Shown here: piece by piece, positions 14,095-27,050 of the stretch
Numbering within the stretch: the stretch's first letter is position 1
How the letters are laid out: each line of letters begins with the position of its first letter
From: Callorhinchus milii
Taxonomy: Eukaryota
Length of the DNA stretch: 64,000 nucleotides
Assembly (NCBI RefSeq): GCF_018977255.1
Contig: NW_024704742.1
Span: forward strand, 9,798,001 to 9,862,000
Direction: 5' to 3'
Translations under genes and position numbers: made by a program
The notes under the pieces: model-generated
Seen by the model: the letters and a program-made list of their open reading frames with translations, nothing else
Database searches by the model: none
Told to the model about the DNA's origin: nothing

Positions 14095-14375
14095 CAGCCT
14101 GGCTCAGGTGGCAGCACTCTCGCTTCTGAGTAAGAAGATGGATGTTGAAGATCCTATGGCACTATTTGAAAAGAGAAGGGACTTTCTCCCAGTGTGCTGA
14201 CCAACAATCCCCCAAATAAAATTGGCCACTTACTTCTGGATGTTTGGGAACATTGCTGTGTGCAGATTGGCTGCCGTGTTCGCCTGCAAAACACACAATC
14301 ACTGCACTTTACAATAAATCCTGTGAAGCTCTTTGGGACTTTCAAAGTATACCAAATGTAAGGATTATTATTATT
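14095..14375 (+). mobile_element. Older Deu-type SINE with internal deletion
   Basis: ggctcaggtggcagcactctcgcttctgagt joined to gatgttgaagatcctatggcac. Confidence 0.65.
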
Positions 14376-15334
14376 TAAATCCAGTACGCAGCATTGAGAA
14401 AGTAAGTGTAATATGAATTAAATTATCGGTAGTGACCATCGCCCAAAAATATATAGTCAATTCACTTTACAGTATATTCTGTGAAGTGCTTTGAGACGTC
14501 TCGAAGATGTGATAAGGAGCTATATCAATTGCAAGGATAATTATTATTATTGGTGATCACAGTGGAAGAGGGAGAATGGATGGTGGTTGTAAGAAAGATT
14601 GAGGTTCTGAATATGCTGAATATACAATGTCATACAAGGGTCAAGTCACTGACCAGGACTCTTGGCTCAGTTGAAGCTGAGTACAACAAGAGCTATTAAA
14701 AGAGAACTACCTCCTCCTCTACACCTCTGTATTACTGCCATGTGTTGAACAAAAGACCGACCCACCAAATGTATTTAATTGAAACCTAACTTTGTATAAC
14801 AACAAAATGCAAACATTTTATTGGTTAAACAGTTGGCGATTTGTGAATAAAACACTGATAGTCACTCTATTTAAAAAAAAGTCGGTTCATTCAGATGAAG
14901 ACTCAATGGCCAAATGGCCAGTTTATGTGCTGTAACATGACATGATTCTATCAATATATCTAGAATACTCGAGTACAAGATTACAATGACCCACAAGCAC
15001 AGATTCTTAAGGGGAAAGATGAATGATATCAATCTCCTTTAATAATAATCCTTGTCTTTCATATAGTGCCTTATCATATTGAAACATCTCAAAGCGTTTC
15101 ACAGGATTTTGCTGTGAAGTGTAGTGACCCTATATTTTATAGGCAAATGTAAAGATCCAGATCAACAACGACAACTGGCACTTATGCAGCACCTTTCATG
15201 CAGGGAGAACATCTCAAAGGTTGAGTGGGCACCTGAGATGGAAGGGAGGTAAGAGGGTAGGGAATAACACTGACTCAAAGAGATAGGTCTTCAAATGGGT
15301 TTTGAAAGAAGAGAAAAGTAGGAAAGGTAGCGGG

Positions 15335-15690
15335 TGGAGTCCTGTAGCTCAGCGGTTAGAGCACTCACCTTACAAACGAGAGACCTGGGTTTGATTCCCG
15401 GCAGGACGAAATGTTGGGCAAGTTCCCTTACTTCACATGCCTCTGTTTACCTCGCAGTAGGAACCGGTTGTTAGACAATTGTCGGATCACTTTTCCAGGG
15501 GTAATAATTCATTAAAAAAAATTTAGTCACTCAATCCATGACTGTTTGTGGGACAATGCTGTGCGCAATTGGCTGCCGCGTTTCATTCACAAAATATACA
15601 GTCAATTCACTTTACAGTATATTCTGTAAGACTTTGAGACTCTCAAAGACATGATAAGGCGCTATATGAAATGCAAGGATTATAATTATG
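15335..15690 (+). mobile_element. tRNA-derived SINE (long form)
   Basis: Full head, core and tail. Confidence 0.88.
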
Positions 15691-16142
15691 GATAAACTGG
15701 TGATATATAACTATACCATGTTCCACTCCTTTCTCTTGGCCTGGATCCACGCTCCCAAATTCTATGAGACCATAAAAGACTCCATGAACCCCAAACCTCT
15801 CTTAAACCCAGGGAAGCCCCATCCAGCATGTTGACAAAAGGAGCGTTATGTTACATTTGGCCTATCCGGGGTAGTAAACACATAACCTTTGGCAAGATAA
15901 ATGCTCTTTTCTGGACAGATGTTCTTATACAAGTATGTGAAACATGTCAATTACTATCACCGAATAAGAATAACGTACCAAAATTGATTGAAGTTAAACA
16001 CAAAAAAATGAAAGGTATTCTGAGGAAAAAGAAAAACAGATGGTAAACCACAGTTGTCGGTCGTGTAAAGTACATTCATTGCAAAGTAATGGCATCCAAT
16101 ATCAAAGCGCGCTGGGAAGATTTGCAAGACACCTTTTCATAT

Positions 16143-16469
16143 AATAAAAATAATAATAATAATCCTTGCATTTGATATAGCGCTTTTTACGTCGGGAGGA
16201 CGTCCCAAAGCGCTTCACAGAATACACTGTAAAGTGAATTGACTGTATATTTGTGGGCGAACGCGGCAGCCAATTGCGCACAGCAATGTCCCACAAACAG
16301 TCATAGATTGAAAATGACCAATTTATTATTGTTTTGGGTTTTGGAGGGATTATTATTAGGCTCTGTGTGGAGTAAGGAAACTTGCCCAAGGTTTCGCTCT
16401 CTGCCTGGAATTGAACTCAGGTCTCTCACTTGCAAAGCGAGTGCTCTAACCACTGAGCTACAGGACTCC
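16143..16469 (-). mobile_element. tRNA-derived SINE (young short form, CTCCC tail loop)
   Basis: Near-identical to copies at 35276, 47462, 48061, 51207. Confidence 0.9.
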
Positions 16470-16529
16470 ACAATCTATCTATCTTACTGTTTACAGTGGT
16501 CAGTTATTTACCACTAGTAATGTGGTAAG

Positions 16530-16975
16530 TCATCACACCAGTCCTAGCCAGGCTCCACTGGCTCCCTACCATTGAACAGATCGCTTTCAAGATCCTCTCA
16601 CCTGTTTTGAAATCCCTTCATACCCTGGTACCTCCCTACCTTTCCGACCTGCTTACCCCCCAACCCACAACCTTCTGCCTCCATTCGACAGGCTCCGGCC
16701 TTCTGCTTGTCCCTTGTACTCTCTGTTCCACCATCTGTGGCTGCGCTTTCAGCCACTACGCCCCGAAACTCTGGAACACTGTTCCTCTATCCCTTCGCTT
16801 TGTCCCTTTCTTACCCACCTTCAGGTCACACCTGAAAACCTTTCTATTTGACTGTGCTTACGGTCACCTCCCCCTCCCCCTCACTCGGCGTCATGCTCCG
16901 CCACTGTCAAGAGCTCTGGGACGCTACCCTGCTCGAGGGGCGCTATATGAATGCAAGTTGTGGTTGTTGTTGTGG
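16530..16975 (+). mobile_element. L2 LINE 3' fragment (second tail type)
   Basis: LHWLP..AFSHYAPKLWNTVP..FRSHLKTFLF; tail gagctctgggacgctaccctg. Confidence 0.85.
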
Positions 16976-18139
16976 TGATACATAACTGGCTGTCTGACTC
17001 CGGACATGTTTACTATGGGAGTTTAGAAGGTTAATGAAAATGCTTGCATTTGATACAGCGCCTCATGAGGTCAAATGTCTCAAAACGCCTCACAGGAAAT
17101 TGCTGTCAAGTATATTTGTAGGTGAATGTAGCATCTGATGTGTCCATAACACAGATCTACAAACAATCATATAGTGAACGACTAGTTTATCTGCAGCATT
17201 ACTGGCCGGGACATTACTTCCCTTCTCTTCGAATAGCCACAAAGGACCTTTAACATCCAGTCCATGTACAGTCAGTCGGGACCTCGGTTTAATGTGTCAT
17301 CCAAAGGGCTGCCGTTGAGCTCTCACTTTATCTAACCCACCCTATCTGTGGGCAAGATTTCAGCCATTCTATCCCAGTTCCCTGGAACTCCATTCCAGAG
17401 TACCTCCAACTCGCTCCTTCCTCACGTTCAAGGCCTGCCTCTAGACATATCTCTTTGACCACGCTTTCGTTTATCTTTCCCCTTCTCACCATCTTAGGCC
17501 CCCACCCCTAGCTCAGCGCCCAGCCATCACTGTGAAGCACTTTGAGACGCTCTCCGCATTTGAAAGGCACGATATAAATGTAAATTAGATTGTGTTGTGT
17601 TGTAACTGAACAGTGTCTGTCAGGACCATGCAGGCAAGAGGCCATCATAAAGTGTATTTAATTTTTTACAGTTGTCTGTCAAGTATTCACTTTACGTAAT
17701 ATGTGAATTTGTACTTAGTGCAATTGATATTAAAAACTCAGGACTGCAATTCCTGACCACGATAATCGCCTATTTCAGACCTCAGCAGCGACTCAATAAG
17801 CAGAGAGGGCATTCTGTTTCCATGGTATTACGCTTCATAAGAAGAGAGTGGTGTTTTGTAAAAAAAGAACCAGTTGGATGCACTTCATTATCAAAGTTAA
17901 ATGTGCATTTTGTTGATTTTTGTATGCTAGATTTGCCTGGCTGAGCTAGAAAATGGTCTGAGGACTCGAGAAGACACTTGCAATAGTAAATACTTGCTTC
18001 TAAGTATTCTTCCTAAAATTATTGTGCCAGTGTTCTCTTTCTCAGTTACTCATTTGTGGGTGAGTGTCTCTGAACATTGACTGTGTGTGTGTGTATGTGT
18101 GTGTGTCTGTTAGTACGTATCTGTACACATAAATTAAAA

Positions 18140-18545
18140 TAATCTCTGCATTTGGTATAGCACCACTCATGTCAGGAAAATGTTTCAAAGCTCTTTGCGA
18201 AGTGGAGTGACTGTTTATTTGTGTGTGAAATCCCAATGTCGCACAACCAACCTTTAAATGAATGACCAATATATCTGGAGATTTGTTGGCCAAGACGGAC
18301 ACTGGGAGAAACTCCCGCCTATTCTCAAACAGTGCCATGGGATCTTTAACATCCACCTGAACAGACAGATGGGACCTAGGTTCAACATCTCATCTGAAAG
18401 ACGGCACCTCTGACAATGTAAAACACGCACAACACTGAATTGGAATGTCAGTCTAGACTATATGAATTCAGGTCCTGATGTGGGGCTTGAACCCACACTC
18501 TTCTGACTCAGAGGTGAGAGTGTTACCCACTGAGTCAGTCTGACA
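18140..18545 (-). mobile_element. Older Deu-type SINE
   Basis: Head ctctcacctctgagtcagaag..ggttcaagcccc and Deu-like body. Confidence 0.75.
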
Positions 18546-18759
18546 CATAACATTTAAGATGTGAGAACTATCACTTTAACATTATAAGGAAAGAGACCTC
18601 TTATTGGGTATATTTTGATGTTTTAAGAAACAAAAGGCCAAAGCCTATAGTACAGGGCATTATCCAGCTGTAAAGAGCAAGAGAGGAGTTCAGATAAATG
18701 AAATAATATCTCAAACGCCCAACGTCAGTACACATTAGTGCACTGGACATCATACAGTA

Positions 18760-19080
18760 AAAATAATAATAAATAATCTTTGCATTTAATATAGTGCCTT
18801 ATCATGACTTTGACATGTATCCAAGCTCTTCACAGAATATACTGTAAAATTATTTGACTGTATACTTTGTGGGCGAAATGCGGCAGCCAACTGCACACAG
18901 CAGTGTCCCACAAACAGTTGTGGATTGAAGTGACCACTTTTTAAAAATTTCTTTTAGGGAATTATTAGCCCCGGAAAAGTGATTTGCCAATCGACTAACA
19001 ACTGGGTGCCTACCTATTGCTGGGTAAACCTATTGCGTGTGGAGTAAGGAAACATGCTCAACATTTCATCCTACCGGGAA
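18760..19080 (-). mobile_element. tRNA-derived SINE (long form, 5'-truncated)
   Basis: Core and tail on minus strand. Confidence 0.75.
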
Positions 19081-20172
19081 TATCCTTGTCTGCAGAAGTC
19101 ACTGCCAGATGGGTGGAACATGTGGAATGTAACACATGTATCAATGTGAATGAATCACCGGTGATTATTATCACATTGCAGAATTCCAATTGTTTCTCCC
19201 AAGAAAGAAAATGATTGTTCTGATTGATTTTATGAAAATATTTTATGAAATGTTATGAAAATCAAAAGTCCAGGCGACTAAACCACACTGCAAACTACTG
19301 ACCCCAACACATCCTGTGCTCTGCAGGTCAACATATTTTCTGTGATAAATAATAGTCATAAAATCCTTGCATTTGATGTGGTGCTGAGAAGGCTGGATTA
19401 CATGTTGACTGCATATTAATGTTTAGCATGACTGACCACCAATGCTTCGCAAGTCTTTTTTTAGGGGTGAGTTTCCAACTTTTGATTTAAAAATACTTAA
19501 ATTTTCCTAAGATATTTCCAGTTAAGACACATTCAGATAATTCTGTTGCCTGACTGATAATCCTTCCACCAACCTTAACACAGGCAATTTCAGCTTCAGT
19601 AGAACAATGGCAGGAATATCAAGATGAAAGTCGTTTAAATATGATGTTTCTTTGCTAAATGTGCCTCTGGTAGGTGGCAAAGGGATTAAGATCTTAAGAT
19701 TTCCAATAGCCTTTGTGGCGTGCTTCTCTGTCTCTGCAGTTTTATGTCTCATTTGGACTTTGTACAGCCAAAGCACTTCCATCAAATTCTGACTGACACG
19801 GGTGCCAGGAAAACAACGTCAAAGCGAGTGGGCGGATTTCAGCGTCTGAAGATTCTTGCAATGATGTGAGTGAAATACAAATAGAGATTGAGCACAGACA
19901 GCATCTGATTCCCGGGAATCGGAGACCTTAAGATAAATTCCTCTTCACTGTTCCTCTGTAGGCTTGATTTTCGTTACTTTTGATATAAAAAATAGGAATA
20001 TGCCCCAACAGGAATCAAAGTCAATATATGGAATAGATGACACAAGAGTAGGAGGTGGAGGCTGTTTGGGATCCAAATTGCCAGATTTGTGAAACATAAC
20101 TGTGTGGTGGACAACCCTCTGGAGGTCCTGTGATTACTGGGAATCTTATACTCGACTCAAACATCAACTTCC

Positions 20173-20546
20173 TGGAATCCTGTAGCTCAGTGGTTAGAGC
20201 ACTTGCCTCACAAGTGAGAGGACGTAGTTTTGATTCCCAGCAGGGCAAAACGTTGGGCAAGTTTCCTTACGCCAAACGCCCTTCTTTACTTAGCAATAAG
20301 TAGGAATTTTAGTCGATTGGCAGATCGCTTTTCCGGGGGTAATAATCCCTCAAAAAAAACAATGATAATTTGATCACTAAATCCATGACTGTTTGTGGGA
20401 CACTGCTGTGCACAATTGGCTGCCGCGTTTCGCCCACTAATATACTGTCAATTCACTTTACAGTCTATTCTGTGAAGCGCTTTGAGACGTCGAGAAGACG
20501 TGAAAAGCTCTATATCAAATGCAAGGATTATTATTATTATTATTAT
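20173..20546 (+). mobile_element. tRNA-derived SINE (long form)
   Basis: Full head, core and (att)n tail. Confidence 0.88.
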
Positions 20547-21055
20547 CGTCAGGTCATGCCTGAAGACAGTCCTTTTTGAATGTGCTCGGCGTCGTGCTCC
20601 GCCACTGTCAAATGTTCTGGGACGCTATCCTGACGTGAGGGGGGCAATATAAATGGAAGGTTTTGCTGTTGTTACTGAATACTTGGCGAAACTAAAGGAA
20701 ATCCCTGGCTTACCCAGACTCTGAGTAACCAGAATTCAGACCTAAACGAAAATTTTAGACTTTAGCTGACACCTGCTGAGCAGCCTCACCTTGCTTGCCG
20801 GCCTTCACTTGGATTGTTTGAATCCCACGAGCAGAAGTTTGTTTAATTCTTATCAACCATTCATGGGATTTAAGCAATTGCAATGCGAGTACCAGCATCT
20901 ACTGGTAGTTTTGAAAAATGCAGATGAATGACAGTACCGGCCTTGCAATTATACTCAGTCAGAAATTCCAGCTCGGCAAACTGGATCTCTCCCCACCTAT
21001 TAGTCCAGCTAGCCAGAGTTTTGCTGTATTGTGGTGCCTCCCTCCCCATAACCAT

Positions 21056-21333
21056 CACTCTCTGTCTGTGAGTGTGAGCCTCACTCTCTGTCTGTGAGTG
21101 TGAGCCTCACTCTCTGTCTGTGAGTGTGAACCTCACTTTGTGTCTGTGAGTGTGAACCTCACTCTCTCTGTGAGTGTGAACCTCAATTTGTGTCTTTGAG
21201 TGTGAACCTCACTGTGTCTGTGAGTGTGAGTTTCACTCTCTGTCTGTGAGTGTGAACCTCACTCTATGTCTGTGAGTGTGAGCCTCACTCTGTCTGTGAG
21301 TGTGAACCTCACTCTTTTTCTCTTAGTGTGAGT
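21056..21333. repeat. Minisatellite, ~10 copies of a ~26-bp unit CACTCTCTGTCTGTGAGTGTGA(G/A)CCT
   Basis: Directly visible head-to-tail tandem units, no unique spacers. Confidence 0.92.
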
Positions 21334-22984
21334 CAAAATTAGGTTTACCTGTTCAGGTAGATCATAAAGAGAAGGGAGTTTTTCTCAGTGTCTTGCAAAC
21401 AATTCTTCAAATAAAATTGGACATTCATTTCATGTCTTGTTGTGGGACCTTGCTATTTTCACATTGGCTGCTGCATTTGCGACCAAAACATGCGGTCACT
21501 TTGTGTCACAGTAAATCCTGCGAAGGATTTCGGCTGCATGATAAGGACTATGTCAAACGCGTGGATGATTATAATTATTACTACTATTTCTTATATTTCA
21601 TATGTTGTGATCCTTCCAGGCTTTCCAGGCACTTTGTGATCTTTTTCTTTTGTAAGTAGCTTTTTGTCTCTGGTGAAAAACTCATTCTGTAAAACCAATT
21701 AGAATGGATCTGAGCTCATTTGAGAAGTGCCCAATGGGATTGAAAAATTCTAATTCTCAACATGAGTAATTATTAAACATATCATCTGTAATACAATAAC
21801 CTTCTGCAACTGTGGTGCTTTAAAATGGATGCTTTCCATTCAATCCTCTCTGTGCTTTCTGAGCAGCTGAAAAGGGCAACTGTCTATCCTCCTACTCTCT
21901 TCTATTTTTTTCCCCATTTCATCAATTGCTGATGCAATGTAGCTGCTCCTGCAAATTAGACAGTAATCTCTCTCTTCTATCTTTCCCTGTCAGCTCACTT
22001 AAATCTTTTAACACACGGTGCCTTGCTGCTTGCAAGAGGGCTCCACCTTTCTTTCCAACCCTTTCCCCTTGAGCTTACTTACACGTGTGTTGAACACAAT
22101 TAAACACGGTTCCATTATCTGAAACAGCTTCTGAAGGACAACGTACTCATTAGAACTGAAAAGAGGTATAATAATGCAATGGAATGTCAGCTCCCGTCAC
22201 TCAGTAACATTTTTTAAATGCCAATGAGTTGTATTAGTAATCTGTTTAAAGACCACTCTCTGGGTACATGTCTGCCTCGCACACAAGACTGAATCTATTT
22301 GGGTTTCAACCTCCACTGTGCCTTTTTCTAATGATTCATCTTCAACTTCAAGGTAGCACTTTGGCAGCGAAGCAGCTGTAACAGTATGGAGTCAGGAAGC
22401 CTGTCCTGTTAATTTCTGAATTTGGGAATATTCTTTCTTGAATATAAAGTAAGCTGGCAGAGAACCAACAGAGCTGTCTGTTTCGATAGATATCAGTCAA
22501 ACCGATGTCACATTTCTCATAATACGTCTCTGTACTGAATCCACAGTATTTGTCTGCCTGAAGGCTGCGATTTAAAAGTGCATTGCTCCCTGTTAGGGAG
22601 CACAAAATAGTTTCGCCTATTAGTTTTGCACACAAAATACACAGTCAATTCACTTTATAGTATATACTGTGAACTGCTTTGAGACTTTTCGAAGACGTGA
22701 TAAGGCGTTATATCAAATGCAAGGATTATTATGATTATTATTATTATTATTATTAAGAGGGACTTGAAACCAAGCAGGAATGTGAGTGTGTGATAGAGAG
22801 CTTGGTAGATTATAACCCTGAGTCACAATTGTGCTTTGGAGAAGCAGGGGAAAAGATTGTGACACGAGATAAGAGGGAGAGTGGGTATTCCTAAACAGAT
22901 TCCTATCCTTGGTCAACAGCTTTTCTCAATTAAGGAAGTATGGACTCATTCTGCAAGATGGTGCAATACTATATCTGTATTTGT

Positions 22985-23215
22985 GTCAGTCTGGTTCAGT
23001 TGGTAGAACTCTCACCACTGAATCAGACGATAGTGGGTTCAAGCCCCACATCTGGACTTTGAACTCACAGTCTAGGATGACATTCCAATGCAGGACTTGG
23101 GGTACACCGCTTTATTGGAGGTGCTGGACTTTGGATAAGACACTGAACCAAAGTCCCATCAGTCCGTCCAGGATCCCATGGCACTCTTTCAAAAGAGAAG
23201 GGATTTTCTCCTGTA
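22985..23215 (+). mobile_element. Older Deu-type SINE fragment
   Basis: ggttcagttggtagaactctcaccactgaatcag..ggttcaagcccc..gatcccatggcact. Confidence 0.65.
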
Positions 23216-23344
23216 AGAGTTATTTAAGTTGGTGACTATGCGGTGAAGTATGACTGTCACAAATTTCCTTTTAAGTAATAAAATTTAATAAAAGATTAGC
23301 AATGTTAAACATCATCAAAATTATACATTTCTTCAAATCAAATT

Positions 23345-23735
23345 AAAGACTTCAAGATCCTCACCCTTGTTTTCAAATCCCTCCAATCATCTGCACCCTC
23401 CTACCTCTCTGACCTCCTCTCTCTTCACAACAGTACCCGTTGCCTTCGTTCCTCCGGGTCTGGCCTCCTCCTTGTCCCCAGAGTCCTCCGCTCCACCCTC
23501 AGTGGCCGTGCCTTCAGCCACTACGCCCCGAGGCTCTGGAACTCCCTTCCTCACTCCCTTCACTTCACCCTCTCGCTTCCTATTTTCAGGTCTCGGCTGA
23601 AGACCTTTCTTTTCGACCGTGCCTTTGGTCACCTTCCTCCCCCTGGCTCGGCCCCGGGATCCGTTACTGTGAAGCGCTCTGGGACGCCGTCTGGCGTGGA
23701 GGGCACTACATAAATCAAAGTTGTTGCTGTTGTTG
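23345..23735 (+). mobile_element. L2 LINE 3' fragment
   Basis: ttcaagatcctcaccct..gccttcagccactacgcccc..ctctggaactccct; (gtt)n tail. Confidence 0.8.
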
Positions 23736-24854
23736 TAATGCTAACGACGGGTTAGTAAAGTTTACTGCAATGGGTTGATTGGATCAATATAGTGGCTTTA
23801 ATGGAGGAATCGGCTTACTAATGTGTGTCAATCCATATTGATTATAATAATAATTATATTCCTTGCATTCGATATAGCACCTTATCACGTATTCAAGATG
23901 TCTCAAAGTGCTTCAAGGTATAAACTATAAAGTGAATTGACTATATGTTTTGTGAGCGAAACATGTTTAATGTCTCATGGGCTTTGCAAAGATTGGGGTC
24001 AGATGCTGAGTAAGGGAGAGGAGAGAGGAGGAAAAGGGAGAAGCCACAGAGGTACAGAAAGAGGGTGATACAGAGGGTTAGAGGGAGGGAGTTCCAGAGG
24101 TTAGTAGCTGAAAGCTCAGCACTAAGAAATTACGCTGCAAGCCCAAGTAAACCAAGCAGAGACAGCATACAGCAGAGTGGTGTTGGAAAAGATCAGAGAG
24201 GGCAGTAAAGGTGAGGAATGAGGACCTTGAAATCGATCTAATGAGAAATAAGAAGCTCGTGAAACTTGGCAAGGACTGGAGTGATGTACATGCACAGTTT
24301 GATCACTATTTCCTTGAGATTGGTTGCAGGTAGCTGTTCCATTCAGCTCTCATCCCCTCATTGAAAATCATCCTTATAAATCATACTTTGTAAAGACATA
24401 CACGTCGACCTTGTGAAGATATCTGGAAATTACCTTTTACAAAAAACATTATTGGAGTCAGACAGTCTCATCCGTTCACTGATATCCATAGTTGTCAACA
24501 TCTTTTCACCTTTATCAAAATTTCAACAGCTTGTTTCAAACAGCTTGTCTTTGTCTGCCCATGATGATGTTGAATAAGAAAACTTTGTTCCATAAACATC
24601 CTTTCACTTGTTTTCTTTGGGCTTCATGCATTTGTGTACATAGTCAGTTTTTACCAAGTAAACCGGTGCATGAGTCTTTGCGATTTTTCTTAGGTCAACT
24701 TAAGACAACTCAGATTTCTGGGATTGCATACATTCCTGATGCCCATGCTGTTTGTAGGATAATGCTTCGCACAAATCACTCCACTCCACATTAAAGACCT
24801 GTGAAGTGCTTTGGGATATCTTGATGACATGAAGACATGCTATATCAAATGCAA

Positions 24855-25147
24855 GGAGTCCTGTAGCTCAGTGGTTAGAGCGCTCGCCTTACAAGCGAAA
24901 GTCCTCGGTTTGATTCCCGGCAGGGTGAACCCTTGGCCAAGTTTCCTTACTCCACTCGCTTGATAATAATCCCTCAAGAAAAAAAACAATAATAATTTGG
25001 TCACTCAATCCACGACTGTTTGTGGGACACTGCTGTGCGCAATTGGCTGCTGCGTTTCGCCCATAAATATAGTCAATTCACTTTGCAGTATATTCTGTGA
25101 AGCACTTTGAGACGTCTAGAAGACGTGAAAAGTGCTATATCAAATGC
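24855..25147 (+). mobile_element. tRNA-derived SINE (short form) abutting another SINE tail
   Basis: aaatgcaagg|agtcctgtagctcag junction. Confidence 0.85.
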
Positions 25148-25229
25148 ACTTGATGCATACTTGAGGCGGAAAAGAATAGAGGTGAATAAGCGGGGTGGGG
25201 GCTTGTGTGGAGTATAAACACCATCCCCA

Positions 25230-25690
25230 ATAACAAATTTCATGTCGGCAGAATGTCCCAAAGCGTTTGGACAGTTAGGGATTTTCGCCCAAGCTGGTGG
25301 TTGGGATCAGGAGGGGTGGAGGGCAGGGAGGGTAGGGGTAGGACAGTGACCGAAGGCACGTTCGAAGAGGAGTGTCTTGAGGTGGGCCATGAAGGAGCCA
25401 AGGAAAGGGGGCGATACAAAGGGACTGCGGGTTGGAGTTCCAAAGGGTGGGAAAAGAGAGGCTGAAGGCCCAACTGCCGATGGTGGAGTGGGCTGAGCCA
25501 GAGGACATAGAGTAGACTGGAACTCTCTGAGCAGAGGGAGCGGATAGGTTGGTAGGGGATTAGGAGGTCACAGTGGTAGGGAGGAGCAAGGCCGTGGAGG
25601 GCTTTGAAGGTGAGGACGAGGATTTTGAACTCGATCCTCAGCCAAGCCGGGTGAGGATTCGGGTGATGGGGTCACGGAGCTTGGTACGGG
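25230..25690 (-). mobile_element. L2 LINE 3' fragment
   Basis: STIGSWAFSLSFPTLWNS on minus strand; L2 tail. Confidence 0.8.
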
Positions 25691-26629
25691 ACTAGTTGGT
25701 CAATATGGCCTATCTCTGTGCTATATCGCTCTATGTTACTCGAGGTAACTATATCACTGCAAATGATATAGAATGTAGAATGATATTGTACGGTATTTTA
25801 GCTAAAGTTGTGAGTCTCTCACCCACCCACTCACCCACACACATTATTCAATCCTGGCAGGATCATTGGAATCTGACAGCCTTTGCAATTATATCACACA
25901 AGTGCCAACTACAAACACTTTGGTGAATGTACAATGGGGATGTTACATGTTTACTGGAGGCAAAAAAAAACTTTATATAACTGTGAATATTGTAAAATTG
26001 TGGTATCTACCCACATGATGATCAAGCACTCCCACAAGAGACTGTAAAAATGACACCTTAATATATATTATATATAGATATATAGATATATATAGGAGAA
26101 AAAAAAGATTATTAACAAACATCAAGGGCAAGATTTCATCAGAATGCTGCTGTGATTTCCAGAACATATGTGAAACTAATTTGAATCGGGTTTGGCAAGC
26201 AAAAAGCAAGAGGAATGAAAGTATTTCACAAAAACTACCATTGCTCCTGCGGGTTTCGAGGGCTACAGTAAATACTACTCCAGTTTAGTCTTGCTCCGCT
26301 GACCGTGTCATAACACTAACAAACAACAAATTACATTTGTATGTAGCTAAAAATTAAGTCAATAAGTCTAGGCAGCTACAAGCCTGGGTTGCGTAGGTGG
26401 AACTCCAGTGCTGTCAAGCGCTGAGGTTTGGTTCTGAGATGAACAATCTGGTAGGAATTCTCACACATTCTCTCTCATCCCTTTGTAACTGGGTGGGGGG
26501 GGAGGTCAAATGTTATTCATAGGATTTAAGAACAGTCAGAAGAGGAGGAAGGTATTTGACTGGCTATTTGCTTTCAGTGCCGAGCTAGCTCCCAGTATGG
26601 ACTGAGCAAAGCCAATGAAATAGCTTTTT

Positions 26630-27050
26630 TATAATAATAATCCTTGCATTTGAAATTGCATCTTACCACTTTGGGAGGATGTCTCAAAGCACTTGACATG
26701 GCATACTGTAAAGAGTAGTAACTGTGTATTTTGTAGGCGAATGCAGCAACCAATTTGCGCATAGCAAAGTCTCACAAACAGCCATGAAATGAACCATGAT
26801 TTTTTTGCTGGGGGATTGTTTGCCGGGATACCAGGATAAATTCCCTTTTCTTTTTGAATATAGTAATGGGAACTTACAAGGTCCACTTGAACAGGTAGAC
26901 ATGACCTGGCTTAATGTCTCATCCAAAGGACGGCATCCCTGATAATGCAACAGCGCCACGGTGGTCAGCCTAGACTATCAGTTCACACTTTTCATGTGGG
27001 GCTTTAACCCACAATCTTTTCACTCAGAAGCAAGAGTGTACCAACTGGGT
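26630..27050 (-). mobile_element. Older Deu-type SINE
   Basis: Head, body and (att)n tail on minus strand. Confidence 0.7.

Noticed and set aside
21056..21333. CRISPR-like regular repeat
   Set aside because: Units are contiguous with no unique spacers, and the context is eukaryotic
22348..22589. Minus-strand exon-like ORF after ctccctaacag (SNALLNRSLQADKYCGF...)
   Set aside because: No recognisable homology and no convincing partner exons
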